Shown: positions 10,585 through 20,533 of the stretch, one piece after another
How the letters are laid out: every line of letters begins with the position of its first letter
Numbering within the stretch: position 1 is the stretch's first letter
NCBI GenBank assembly: GCA_963811165.1
Contig: CAWEQH010000010.1
Span: 992,001-1,056,000, forward strand
Direction of reading: 5' to 3'
DNA length: 64,000 bases
Source of the DNA: an uncultured Nitrospiraceae bacterium
GTDB taxonomy: Bacteria > Nitrospirota > Thermodesulfovibrionia > Thermodesulfovibrionales > UBA6898
Translations under genes and position numbers: made by a program
The notes under the pieces: generated by a model
What the model was told of the DNA's origin: nothing
The model's input: only the letters and a program-made list of their open reading frames with translations
The model's database searches: none

Positions 10585-11634
10585 ATGAACATTACGGTAT
10601 TCAAAGAGAGAGGGATACGGTCTTTCACGCTTTTGATACTTTTGCTCGTAATCCCGTTGGCCGCATTCGCCGCTGACGACGGGGCACTGATAAAGAGGGC
10701 TTCGCAGATACTCGGTCCTTTGCCGGCATCTATGCCGTCGGAGGAAAACCCGATTACCCCTGAAAAGGTAAAACTCGGGAAGGTCCTCTTTTATGAACAG
10801 AGGATTTCCGTAGACGAAACCGTGAGTTGTTCGAAGTGTCATCCCCTCGCACTTTATGCGGCCGACGGCCTCAGAAAGTCGGTCGGGCACAACTGTAAGG
10901 AAAACCCCAGAAACGACCCCACTGTCTTTAATGCGGCAAGTCAGATATCCGAGCACTGGATAGGAAACAGGACGAGTGTCGAAGACCAGGCAAAACAGGC
11001 CGTCACGGGGCCTCCGGCGTTCGGTATGCCCTCTTATGAGTCGGTAGAAAAGATACTCAGGGCATATAAAGAGTACGAAACCATGTTTAAGGCCGCATTC
11101 CCCTCCGACAAAGAGCCGGTAACCATCGACAACTTTGCGAAGGCCATCGGCGCTTTTGAGAGGACATTGATTACCCCCGCTCCTTTCGATACATTCCTCA
11201 AAGGGGACCAAAATGCATTGACGGAACAACAAAAAAAGGGACTCGGGATGTTTATGGATCAGGGATGCGTAGGTTGTCATTTCAGTCCTTATGCGGGTGG
11301 ACAGATGTACCAGAAGTTCGGGCTTTTCGAGCCGTATCAGAAATACACGAAGAGCCAAAATGTGGATGAGGGAAGATACGCTGTCACGAAGAAAGAGAGC
11401 GATAAATATGTCTTTAAAGTTCCCGTCCTCAGAAACGTGGCGATGACGCCTCCTTATTTCCATGACGGCTCGGTCGACAAACTGGCGGACGCGGTCTGGA
11501 TCATGGGGAAGATCCAGTTAGGCAAGGACCTTCCAAAAGATCAGGTTCAGGACATTGTCGCCTTTCTGCACGCGCTGACAGGGAAGATTCCCGAGGACGT
11601 TATGACCGTTCCGGTGTTGCCTTCGCTTGAGTAG
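10585..11634 (+). CDS. Di-heme cytochrome c peroxidase (CcpA/MauG family)
   Basis: Signal peptide; CSKCH and CVGCH heme motifs; FKVPVLRNV..TPPYFHDG. Confidence 0.93.
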   Translation: MNITVFKERGIRSFTLLILLLVIPLAAFAADDGALIKRASQILGPLPASMPSEENPITPEKVKLGKVLFYEQRISVDETVSCSKCHPLALYAADGLRKSVGHNCKENPRNDPTVFNAASQISEHWIGNRTSVEDQAKQAVTGPPAFGMPSYESVEKILRAYKEYETMFKAAFPSDKEPVTIDNFAKAIGAFERTLITPAPFDTFLKGDQNALTEQQKKGLGMFMDQGCVGCHFSPYAGGQMYQKFGLFEPYQKYTKSQNVDEGRYAVTKKESDKYVFKVPVLRNVAMTPPYFHDGSVDKLADAVWIMGKIQLGKDLPKDQVQDIVAFLHALTGKIPEDVMTVPVLPSLE

Positions 11635-11741
11635 TGTAAAGTGAGCGCCTTGGTCGACAAACTAAGTGGCAGATAAGCTGATTAAGTAAGGGGAGTAAGA
11701 GATAGCAGCGCAAATCATTTTTTCGGCCCTGGGCAAAAGGA

Positions 11742-13103
11742 CTAACGCTCCGGCCCCTCCGAGGCCATGCCGGCTTCCGCCAGGTCGCCTACTACAATCA
11801 AGGTATAGTCTTCCGGGTGCAGATAGGTCGCCGCTACCCTTCGGACATCATACCGACCCACCGATCTTATCAGGGTAGGGTATAATTCCGGATAATCGAG
11901 CCCGAGTCCGTAATACTCCTCCTGAACCATGAAATTGGCAAGCTTCGCCTGGGTATCTATCCGCAGAGGAAAACTGCCGATAAGATATTTTTTTGCCCCT
12001 TCCAGTTCCTTATCTGAAACCAGCTCTTCTTTAATTCTCTTCATTTGTTGCAGTACCAGAGAGATCGCTTCCCGGGCAGATGAATTTTTTGTCTGAAGGA
12101 CCACCTGAAAGGAGCCCGGATACTTTCCCGGGTCAAAGAAACTCGTCACTGAATAAGCAAGCCCCCTCTTATCGCGGACCTCTTCGAGCAGTCTGGATGC
12201 AAAACCTCCCCCGCCAAGGATATAATTCATTACGCTCAGTGCATAGAAGTCGATATTTTCCCTGTTTATCCCCGGGTTGCCCAGAATGATATTTGCCTGG
12301 GTGATCTTCCGGTCGATCTTGATCGTTACAGGCCCTTTGGAAAAGACAGTTTTGACGGGAACCTTTGGAATTTCGCCAACGGGCAATTTTTCCAATAACG
12401 GGATGAGTTTTGTCTTCACTTCTTCGGCAGTAATATCTCCGACTACGGCGAGGATGCAGTTATTTGGGTGATAGTATGTCTCATAAAACGTGAGGACCCC
12501 CTCCCTCGTGATTCTCGGAAGCGAGTCCTTTGTCCCTATTGCTGGATACCGGTAAGGGCCGGAAAGAAAAAGCGTCTTGAGAAACTCCTTTTCTGCAATT
12601 TCTCCCGGTTGGTCCTCCTGCGACTGTATGAGGGCCAGCGTCTTTTCCACTTCCTGTTTAACTTCTTTCTCCGGGAAGGTCGGTTTCGCTAGCACCTCCA
12701 TGAAAAGCGAGAGCCCCTTATCCAGATCTTTCCTCAGAACACGAAGACTCAATGTGGTATAGTCCCTTCCAGAGGATGAGTCGAGGGATGCTCCAAGAAA
12801 ATCCAGTTCTTCGCTAAGCGCAGAAGCAGTGTGTGCGGACGTGCCGAGAAGAATTCCCCGGGCGGTAAGATGCGACAGGCCTTCCATCCCGGAAGGGTCT
12901 TTGCCGGACCCCGCGTCAATAAGGAGTTGCAGGGTCACAAAGGGGAGGGAATGGTCCTCGCTGTGGAGCAGTACCAGTCGATTTGAAAGGACGGTCTTTT
13001 CAACGGATGGCGCCGCATAAAGAGTACTTTCACGCATGAAAAACGAAAAAATTAATACCGTAACTGCCATGAGGACCTGCTTCCGCATGTTTCGCACCAT
13101 CAT
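11742..13103 (-). CDS. M16 family peptidase, non-catalytic subunit
   Basis: M16 fold motifs (ILGGGGFASRL, RDKRGLAY), but HLTAR replaces HxxEH. Has a signal peptide. Confidence 0.88.
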   Translation of the reverse strand: MMVRNMRKQVLMAVTVLIFSFFMRESTLYAAPSVEKTVLSNRLVLLHSEDHSLPFVTLQLLIDAGSGKDPSGMEGLSHLTARGILLGTSAHTASALSEELDFLGASLDSSSGRDYTTLSLRVLRKDLDKGLSLFMEVLAKPTFPEKEVKQEVEKTLALIQSQEDQPGEIAEKEFLKTLFLSGPYRYPAIGTKDSLPRITREGVLTFYETYYHPNNCILAVVGDITAEEVKTKLIPLLEKLPVGEIPKVPVKTVFSKGPVTIKIDRKITQANIILGNPGINRENIDFYALSVMNYILGGGGFASRLLEEVRDKRGLAYSVTSFFDPGKYPGSFQVVLQTKNSSAREAISLVLQQMKRIKEELVSDKELEGAKKYLIGSFPLRIDTQAKLANFMVQEEYYGLGLDYPELYPTLIRSVGRYDVRRVAATYLHPEDYTLIVVGDLAEAGMASEGPER

Positions 13104-13110
13104 GCCTCCT

Positions 13111-14490
13111 CTACCTTATTGCCCGTCCATTGACCGTGTTTGCCGCCGGAGGGGGCTTCCCCTTCCCGATCGGAAGCGGAATGAGTATTCCTGCTGTCCG
13201 GTTGTCCGGAGTAAGATAACGGGTTGCCACTCGCATAAGGTCTTCCGGAGTAACTTTCCTTATGGAGGGGATGTAATCGTCGATGGACCTCCAATCCAAG
13301 GCGATCTCGTACCTCGCCAGCAGCATGGCCTGATAAAAGAGTGAATCCTGTCCGTATATGAAGGCGGATTCCAGTTGGTTTTTCGCCTTTTCGAGTTCGT
13401 GCTTCCCGATCTGCTCTTTTTGCATGCGCCCGATCTCCTGATTTAATGCCTTTTCTACTTCACCTATATCTTTACCCGGAAGAGGCTCCACAGTGAGATA
13501 AAAAAGGCCTGGATCTCTTGAGACGAGGGGATAATCCGTATCGGCACTCAGCGCCAGCCGCTTTTCCCGGACGAGGCCTTTATAGAGTCTCGAACTTTTG
13601 CCGCTTGAGAGGACCGCCGAAAGAACTTCGAGAGCATAACTGTCAGAGCCCCGCAGGTTGGGTACGTGATATGCCATTGCAAGGAACGGAAGTTGTGCCT
13701 CCTTTTTCACCAGAATCCTTCTCTCCCCATCCTGGGACTGCTCCACGTCTTTATTCTGATCAGGGGCCTCCCCTTTGGGAATTGAGGCAAATGCCTTCTC
13801 AATCAGGGGAATAATTTCCTCTTTCTTAAAGTCCCCCACCACAACGACAAAGGCGTTGACCGGGTTGTAGTAAGTCCCATAATATGCCTTCAGGTCCTCA
13901 AGGGTAAACCGCCTGATATCCGCCATCCATCCTATGGTAGGCCAGTGGTATGGCTGGATCTGAAATGCGGTTGCCTCTACCTGTTCAAAAAGACAGGCCT
14001 TTGGATTATCATCTGTCCTGAGTCTCCGTTCTTCCATCACGACCTGCCGCTCGGTAAGGAAATCGTTTTCCCTGAGGATGAGATTCTGCATCCGGTCCGA
14101 CTCGAGTCCTATAGGTATTCGTACACGGTCAGCGCTGATAGTTTCAAAGTATGCGGTATTGTCGGTGGAAGTGAAGGCATTGTCATTCCCTCCGTTTTCC
14201 TGAATGATTCGGGAGAATTCTTCAGGGGGGACGCTTTTTGTTCCCTTAAACATCATATGTTCAAGCATATGAGAAAGACCCGTTTTTCCCCAGCCCTCAT
14301 TTCGCGAGCCCACCCGGTACCATACCTGAAACGTGACCACAGGTGCTTTGTGATTTTCCAGGAGGAGCACCTTCAGGCCATTGGGAAGGACCTTCTCGTA
14401 AACGCTCTCCCTCATCAGTGCCTCCGCAGACGGGTACAGAAGAAGGGAATACAGCATTAATGAGAGAATCCCTGCTTTGACCGGTCTCAT
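13111..14490 (-). CDS. M16 family zinc peptidase, catalytic subunit
   Basis: HMLEH inverted zinc motif; NAFTS and EERRLR; signal peptide. Confidence 0.92.
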   Translation of the reverse strand: MRPVKAGILSLMLYSLLLYPSAEALMRESVYEKVLPNGLKVLLLENHKAPVVTFQVWYRVGSRNEGWGKTGLSHMLEHMMFKGTKSVPPEEFSRIIQENGGNDNAFTSTDNTAYFETISADRVRIPIGLESDRMQNLILRENDFLTERQVVMEERRLRTDDNPKACLFEQVEATAFQIQPYHWPTIGWMADIRRFTLEDLKAYYGTYYNPVNAFVVVVGDFKKEEIIPLIEKAFASIPKGEAPDQNKDVEQSQDGERRILVKKEAQLPFLAMAYHVPNLRGSDSYALEVLSAVLSSGKSSRLYKGLVREKRLALSADTDYPLVSRDPGLFYLTVEPLPGKDIGEVEKALNQEIGRMQKEQIGKHELEKAKNQLESAFIYGQDSLFYQAMLLARYEIALDWRSIDDYIPSIRKVTPEDLMRVATRYLTPDNRTAGILIPLPIGKGKPPPAANTVNGRAIR

Positions 14491-14491
14491 T

Positions 14492-15964
14492 TCACTGCCC
14501 GGGCCCCTCAGATTGTTTTATCGTGACATATATATGCCCGCCATTTCGGAACAGCAAAAGGAGAACCGTATCAGAGGGTCTGATTTTAGAGACGATTACT
14601 TCATACTCTTTTATATCTTTCACCGGTTTGCGGTCCACTTCCTCAATAACATCATTCTTTGCAACAAGGCCATACGAAGGACTTTCCTCACTGACATCGA
14701 CAACAACAACACCTTCCACATCTGCCGGTAGGTTCAGGCCCGCCCTCAGATCCGGGGTAAGTTCCTGGACCTGCACGCCCTTTAGTACATTGTTGTGTTC
14801 CACCGCTTTGGCCATTGTCTTTACCGGCAACTCTCCAAGGGTCACGGTAAGCGTCTCTGCCCTGCCCTGTCTGATCACTTTTATCTCCACCGCTTTTCCA
14901 GGAGCAGTATTGGCCGCCATGTTCCTTAGACCCGTTGTATCCTCCACTGGTTTGCCGCCGAACTCCACAATCAGATCTCCCCGCTTCAATCCTGCTTTGC
15001 CTGCAGGACCGGTTTTTATCACGTCTGTAACAAGCACTCCTTTTTCCTCTTTCAGACCAAAAGATTTTGCGAGTTCTGGCGTGAGATTCTGTATTGTCAC
15101 CCCGAGCCAGCCGCGGATGACCTTACCATGTTTGAGAATACTTTGTGCTACCGAGTTTGCCATGTCGGAGGGTATGGCGAATCCGACACCCATGTACCCT
15201 CCGCTTGTCGAAAATATCGCCGAATTTATGCCTACCAACTCGCCATTGGCATTGACCAGTGCTCCTCCTGAGTTTCCGGGATTGATTGCCGCATCAGTTT
15301 GTATGTAGTCTTCGTAGGCTGAGATGCCGATATTGGCCCTGCCTACCGCGCTCACGATACCCATGGTTACCGTTTGATTAAGGCCAAACGGGTTGCCTAT
15401 GGCAATCACCACATCGCCCGCCTTTAACTTGCCGGACTCTCCCATCTTGATTGCCGGCAATTCCTTGGCATCGACCTTTATTACCGCAATATCCGTCTGC
15501 GGGTCGTCGCCGATTACCTTTCCCTTAAACTCCCTCTTATCGTAGAGTATTACCTTTATCTCCTCTGCGTCTTTGATCACGTGGTAATTGGTAAGGATGT
15601 AGCCGTCCGATGAAACGATCACGCCGGAGCCCAAGGCGGAAGACTTGAACTTCCTGGGCATGCCGGGGTGGTCGGAGCCGTCGCCAAAGAATTTCCTGAA
15701 GAAAGGATCATTAAAGAAATCGCCCATCGGGTGTTCCTTCATGCTTACCAAGGTGGTGGTGGATATGTTTACCACAGACGGCCTTGTCACCTCCGCAACC
15801 TCCGCCAAATAATTGCTCATTTTGTTGAGGAATTCTCGCGCCTCAGGTGATACCTCCCTGGCTAAAGCGGTCCCTTGAAAGAGAAGTGCGGCGAAGACAA
15901 GAAAACTGAACATACTAACCATAGGTGCGCTGAAAATACTTTTTCTTGAACCAAAATCTTTCAT
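14492..15964 (-). CDS. HtrA/DegQ serine endoprotease with two PDZ domains
   Basis: LGSGVIV, TNYHV, DIAV and DAAINPGNSGG motifs. Start at 15964 preferred over 16018. Confidence 0.95.
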   Translation of the reverse strand: MKDFGSRKSIFSAPMVSMFSFLVFAALLFQGTALAREVSPEAREFLNKMSNYLAEVAEVTRPSVVNISTTTLVSMKEHPMGDFFNDPFFRKFFGDGSDHPGMPRKFKSSALGSGVIVSSDGYILTNYHVIKDAEEIKVILYDKREFKGKVIGDDPQTDIAVIKVDAKELPAIKMGESGKLKAGDVVIAIGNPFGLNQTVTMGIVSAVGRANIGISAYEDYIQTDAAINPGNSGGALVNANGELVGINSAIFSTSGGYMGVGFAIPSDMANSVAQSILKHGKVIRGWLGVTIQNLTPELAKSFGLKEEKGVLVTDVIKTGPAGKAGLKRGDLIVEFGGKPVEDTTGLRNMAANTAPGKAVEIKVIRQGRAETLTVTLGELPVKTMAKAVEHNNVLKGVQVQELTPDLRAGLNLPADVEGVVVVDVSEESPSYGLVAKNDVIEEVDRKPVKDIKEYEVIVSKIRPSDTVLLLLFRNGGHIYVTIKQSEGPGQ

Positions 15965-16022
15965 TATTACACTCCTTCCGGGCCGGATATCCCAAAGCGT
16001 TCCGGCGCGAGACGTCATCCTG

Positions 16023-16544
16023 TTATTGTTCGCCGTGGTGCAAGGTCACCTCAGCTGCATCGGTCCTATCCAGTATTTTGTGCGCCCGGTCCACTTCATC
16101 CGGGGTGCCATGGACTACCAGCAGATATTTATTTGCTTTGAGAAAGGTCTCGTATTTAAGCACTTTTTCCTTAGGTATGCCGAGACTGTAAAGCGCAACC
16201 CCTACGGCGCTCAACCCTCCTATAATAACTGCTCCTTCCAAGGCAGCAACGATCCAGGATACCATAGGCCCCGCCACGATCACTTGTCCGAGTCCAGGCA
16301 CAAAAAACAGCGCCGAGCCGATGAGAAATATCCATAAGCCTGACCAGAAGGCGCCGAGTCTGCCCATGTAGCCGGCCCGTTCTCCCGTATAGTAATAGCC
16401 GACCACCTGTTCTTTGTCGGCATCTTCCCGTCCGATTATGGATATTCTCTTTTCGTCAACGCCATATCTGCGGAGTTCTCCCACCGCTTTTTCCAACCTG
16501 GTATGGCTGTCGTATACTGCAACCGCTGAATTTTTCTTATCCAT
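16023..16544 (-). CDS. General stress-type glycine-zipper membrane protein (DUF1269/YflT-like)
   Basis: AVAVYD.H..., PGLGQVIVAGP, GIPKEKVLKYE..LK motifs. RBS AAGGAGG before ATG 16544. Confidence 0.7.
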   Translation of the reverse strand: MDKKNSAVAVYDSHTRLEKAVGELRRYGVDEKRISIIGREDADKEQVVGYYYTGERAGYMGRLGAFWSGLWIFLIGSALFFVPGLGQVIVAGPMVSWIVAALEGAVIIGGLSAVGVALYSLGIPKEKVLKYETFLKANKYLLVVHGTPDEVDRAHKILDRTDAAEVTLHHGEQ

Positions 16545-16682
16545 CAAATCCTCCTTATGCACTGCAAGTCTCGGGCCCCTGAAAGTTTCCCGTTATCAAA
16601 ATCCCAAAGGAAAGAAATTCAGATCTTGGTCACCCTTCAAGAGTTCTTGCCCGGATACATGCCGTTCGACATGACGCCGGAG

Positions 16683-17015
16683 TTATTTGAAAGTCTTCAA
16701 AATATATTCAGCAATCGCCTTCGCGTCCTTTTCAGAGATGACCTCTTTGCCGAACTTCACCATCCCAGGTCCCGGGTTTCTCATGAGTCTGATGATGTCT
16801 TTTTCCGTTTTTACGTTATTCGCCCCCCGGTCCTGAGGATTGAGTGACTTGGTGACAGTGACTACGTTGCCTCCGCTGGGATGGCATTTGCTGCAGTGCT
16901 TCATGAACAACCCTTCGCCACGGCTTTCTTTGGAGGTCCCTTTTGCTGAAACTCCTGCAGCGGTGAAAGAATACACGACCGCAAAAAAAAGAAATAAAAG
17001 CGCAATCTTTTTCAT
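16683..17015 (-). CDS. Monoheme class I cytochrome c (c6-like)
   Basis: Signal peptide, CSKCH, and distal Met in PGPGM. Confidence 0.9.
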   Translation of the reverse strand: MKKIALLFLFFAVVYSFTAAGVSAKGTSKESRGEGLFMKHCSKCHPSGGNVVTVTKSLNPQDRGANNVKTEKDIIRLMRNPGPGMVKFGKEVISEKDAKAIAEYILKTFK

Positions 17016-17029
17016 ACTTCCTCCTTCAT

Positions 17030-18466
17030 CTAACTAGTTTGAATCGTGACATAGAATGTCTGGCCGCCCCTCTTTACCAGGAAAAGTACCGGCTTGTTTC
17101 TTCCGGACTTTGTCACGGCAGAATCGTAATCGGTGAGGTTTTTTATGGGGATACGGTCGACCTCCCTGATCACATCTCCTACCTGTATCCCGGCGTCGTC
17201 GGCAGGACTGCCGGGCTGGACATTGACGACAACAACTCCGTTTTTGTCTTTTAGCTGAAGCTCTCTCATTACCTGAGGAGTTATATTGTCGGCCGTAAGG
17301 CCGAAGCCTTCAGGAGAAAGCTGCCCTGCTGCAGGGATTTTGCCGGTCGGCATTTCAGCCACCGTTACCGTAAGGGGCAGTTCTTTAGAGTCGCGTATGA
17401 CCTTCACATCGATTTTCTTCCCGGCGGGGGTTTCAGCGACGAGAAGCGGGAGGTCGGCAACCTTTTTGATCTCTTTCCCGTCAAAAGATACGATCACGTC
17501 CCCACGTTTTATTCCGGCGGCACTAGCAGGCCCTCCGGGGACCACCTCGCCTACGAGAACGCCTTGTGGCTCTTTCAGCCCGAGGGCCTGGGCGATCTCC
17601 GGCGTCATGGTCTGCACAGACACTCCTATCCACCCCCTGCTTACCCGTCCCTTCTCCTTTAACTGGGGGGTAATTTTCTTTGCCATATTGCTTGGGATTG
17701 CGAAACCGATACCCTGTCCCGACTGGATAATGGCCGAGTTTATCCCAATCACCTCTCCGCTGAGATTTATAAGCGGCCCTCCGCTGTTGCCGGGGTTGAT
17801 CGGCGCATCCGTCTGAAGAAAATTATCGTAGGGTCCGGATCCGATGACGCGTCCGGTAGCGCTGATTATTCCCTGGGTCACCGTCTCTTCAAGACCGAAG
17901 GGGTTGCCGATGGCGAGCACCCAGTCGCCCACCCGCATCTTGTCCGAATCTCCCAAAGAAAGGGCCGGCAGGTCTTTAAATAAGGAAGAAATCTTGATCA
18001 GCGCCAGGTCGGTTTTGGGGTCCCTCCCTATTACCTTCGCCTTATACTCTCTGCCGTCGGCGAGTTTGACTTTGATCTCGTCTGCCCCATCAACGACGTG
18101 ATTATTCGTGATGATGTATCCGTCTTTGTCGATAATGAACCCTGATCCGAGGCTTTGCTGTTTCAGTTCCTGGTCCGGTATCTCGCCGAAGAACTTATGG
18201 AAGAAATCTCCGAAGGGTTCTCCCCCTTCATCAGGACCGAAGAAATGTCTGAAAGGGCTGCCCGGTATCTTCACTGTCGTAGTAGTGCTGATATTCACAA
18301 CGGCAGGCTTCACCTTTGCCACAAGGTCGGCGAAAGATTGTGGAAAGCCGACAACCGTATATCCTCCCTTCATTTTTTCGCATCCGGGTTGAAGGGCGAT
18401 CGCGCAGAACAGCAAAGTCGAACAAAGAACCACTGCAGTTGTGTAAGCGACATACCGTGTCTTCAT
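17030..18466 (-). CDS. HtrA/DegP-Q serine endoprotease with two PDZ domains
   Basis: LGSGFII, TNNHV, DLAL and DAPINPGNSGGP motifs. Confidence 0.95.
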   Translation of the reverse strand: MKTRYVAYTTAVVLCSTLLFCAIALQPGCEKMKGGYTVVGFPQSFADLVAKVKPAVVNISTTTTVKIPGSPFRHFFGPDEGGEPFGDFFHKFFGEIPDQELKQQSLGSGFIIDKDGYIITNNHVVDGADEIKVKLADGREYKAKVIGRDPKTDLALIKISSLFKDLPALSLGDSDKMRVGDWVLAIGNPFGLEETVTQGIISATGRVIGSGPYDNFLQTDAPINPGNSGGPLINLSGEVIGINSAIIQSGQGIGFAIPSNMAKKITPQLKEKGRVSRGWIGVSVQTMTPEIAQALGLKEPQGVLVGEVVPGGPASAAGIKRGDVIVSFDGKEIKKVADLPLLVAETPAGKKIDVKVIRDSKELPLTVTVAEMPTGKIPAAGQLSPEGFGLTADNITPQVMRELQLKDKNGVVVVNVQPGSPADDAGIQVGDVIREVDRIPIKNLTDYDSAVTKSGRNKPVLFLVKRGGQTFYVTIQTS

Positions 18467-18725
18467 GTCTTGACTCCTTCATAGTTTACAGTCGCTAAAG
18501 CGTGACAAAGATTTTGGCGGCACAGACTTCTCTCAAAGGAAATCCGATGAGGACCCCGCCTCTTAACAAAATGATATCTCTTTGGGGAAGGTTGTCAAGA
18601 AAGAAAAAGGGCGAAAAATATCTTACTTTCTCTCAATTATTGAGCGAGGACTATAAAGGCTGGCGAAACGAATGTAGGAGGCGGGGAGAGCGGAAGTCCG
18701 GTGAACTGCGACGGGGACAGGATAT

Positions 18726-19514
18726 CTATCCTCCACTGTATCTCGTCATTTCCCGAACGAGATTTTCGTAGAGTTCCGGGAGCCATGGGGGACCTTTTTC
18801 CCCGTCAATCTCAGGTGTTCTTTTTCGAAAGTCGTAAGGCACGATGACTACCTTTGTATTCTCCGTGCCCGTCCTTGCGGCAAGGACGAACAATTCTTCG
18901 ATCGCTTCGTCGCCGACGGCAAGGCATCCTTTTGATTTCGCTTTGCCGTGAATATAGATGTCCCCGCCGAGCTTGGACCTGCCGTCATAACGGGCCATCA
19001 GGCGGTCATACTCGTTGGGATAATCAAGCCTCATCGACAAGTAAAAACGGCTGTTTGGATTTAACTCGGTGATCCGGTAAACCCCCTCGGGCACCTGACG
19101 GTCGCCTGCCGTTTGTTTCGGGCCGCCGGTTCCGCTTGCGGCGTAAATCTCATACGTGGCGATATGGACCCATCTTCCGTCTTTCTCGGCCCAGATTTCA
19201 AGCTCCATCTCATCCTTCAATCCAATCAGGGTCAGACGTGATGGAGGATAGTGCACCCCGGCCCGCTCGAAATAGGCTCTCAGGCGCGACTCGGCACGGG
19301 TACTAATTTTCTTTATGACACCCGGCACAGACCTTTTTTCCGGGAAAAGGGAAGCCTTCATCTGCCCTTTCTGGAGTGCGGAACCATCCGCGGCAAATAC
19401 GAATGTGATCAGGAAAAACGCAGTGACAGTTGACAGTCTCACGATGGCACCGTCGTTTTTTTTCTGAAAGTAAATCGAAAATATGGATATAATAAAACTA
19501 ACGGAGTACAACAA
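18726..19514 (-). CDS. YkuD-domain protein of the YafK/DpaA (LdtF) type
   Basis: GPKQTAGDRQVPEGVY, NPNSRFYLS..LDYPN.YD and GGDIYIHG...SKGC motifs. The true start may be downstream of 19514. Confidence 0.85.
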   Translation of the reverse strand: MLYSVSFIISIFSIYFQKKNDGAIVRLSTVTAFFLITFVFAADGSALQKGQMKASLFPEKRSVPGVIKKISTRAESRLRAYFERAGVHYPPSRLTLIGLKDEMELEIWAEKDGRWVHIATYEIYAASGTGGPKQTAGDRQVPEGVYRITELNPNSRFYLSMRLDYPNEYDRLMARYDGRSKLGGDIYIHGKAKSKGCLAVGDEAIEELFVLAARTGTENTKVVIVPYDFRKRTPEIDGEKGPPWLPELYENLVREMTRYSGG

Positions 19515-19564
19515 ATTGTTGAGATTCGTATAATAAAATTTTTCTCTACCATGGCGGTAACCAC

Positions 19565-20449
19565 ATGAAAAAAGTTGCTGTTATCTTAACACTTCTGCTG
19601 CTGATTTGTCGCGGGGCTGATGCGGCACCCCAGGTGTTTTGTCATAGCAAGGGTGATTCGGTGATAGGTTCAGTCACTTCTTACACTCTTAAGCCGGGAG
19701 AGTCCCTGATAGAGATCGCCAGGAAATTTGACCTCGGGTACAACGAGATTGCTGCGGCGAATCCGGATCTGGACCCTTTTGTTCCGGGCAAGGGCAATAC
19801 GGCCGCTATTCCGACCTCATGGATACTGCCCGATGTCGGAACGCGTGAGGGGATCGTCATTAATCTGTCCGAACTCAGGCTATATTATTTTTACAAGACC
19901 GGTCAGGCAAAGTTCGTCCGCACCTTTCCCCTAGGCATAGGGAGCGAAGGAAACGATACCCCTACCGGTCAATTTGCCGTGATTGAAAAGATCGTCCGGC
20001 CCTCATGGCATGTTCCCGAATCGATCAGAGAAGGAAAAACCCTTTCTGCCCGACGTCGTTCCGCCGGGGCCGAAAACCCGCTTGGCTCTCATGCAATGCG
20101 GCTCTCTCGTCCGACTATCCTTATCCACGGCACGAATAAACCATGGGGTGTCGGCAGGCGGGCCACCCACGGCTGCATCAGGCTTTACCCTGAGGATATC
20201 CCCGTGCTGTTCAGTTCAGTTCCAAAGGGCGTGAAGGTAATGATCGTGAGACAGCCGGTAAAAGCAGGCCTTAAAGATGAAAGGGTATACCTGGAAGTAC
20301 ACGGAGAAGATGGAAGAAATGACTCCGAATTATTCTCGGAAGCAGCTATCAGTTTTGGCGAAGAAGCGACTTTTGGGCCGCGTGGATACCAGAAACTTCA
20401 TCATGCTATTGAGGAGAAAATTGGGATGCCGGTCGATATTTCGGGATGA
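19565..20449 (+). CDS. LysM-containing L,D-transpeptidase (ErfK/YbiS type)
   Basis: Signal peptide; LysM (GESLIEIARKF); INLSELRLY; IHGTN..WGVG...THGCIRL. Two short segments are out of frame between compensating indels (about 20030-20072 and 20345-20395). Confidence 0.9.
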   Translation: MKKVAVILTLLLLICRGADAAPQVFCHSKGDSVIGSVTSYTLKPGESLIEIARKFDLGYNEIAAANPDLDPFVPGKGNTAAIPTSWILPDVGTREGIVINLSELRLYYFYKTGQAKFVRTFPLGIGSEGNDTPTGQFAVIEKIVRPSWHVPESIREGKTLSARRRSAGAENPLGSHAMRLSRPTILIHGTNKPWGVGRRATHGCIRLYPEDIPVLFSSVPKGVKVMIVRQPVKAGLKDERVYLEVHGEDGRNDSELFSEAAISFGEEATFGPRGYQKLHHAIEEKIGMPVDISG

Positions 20450-20533
20450 CGGTAACTTTTCGCGAGCCCTAGCCCTGGGAACTGAAGGACCCGGATAACA
20501 TCCGATGGATATCCGGGTCCCTGCATCTCATGG

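Noticed and set aside
10486..11463. Long antisense ORFs (this one; also 50113-51006, 14523-15308, 39997-40626)
   Set aside because: They are shadows of well-supported genes on the opposite strand and have no motifs of their own.
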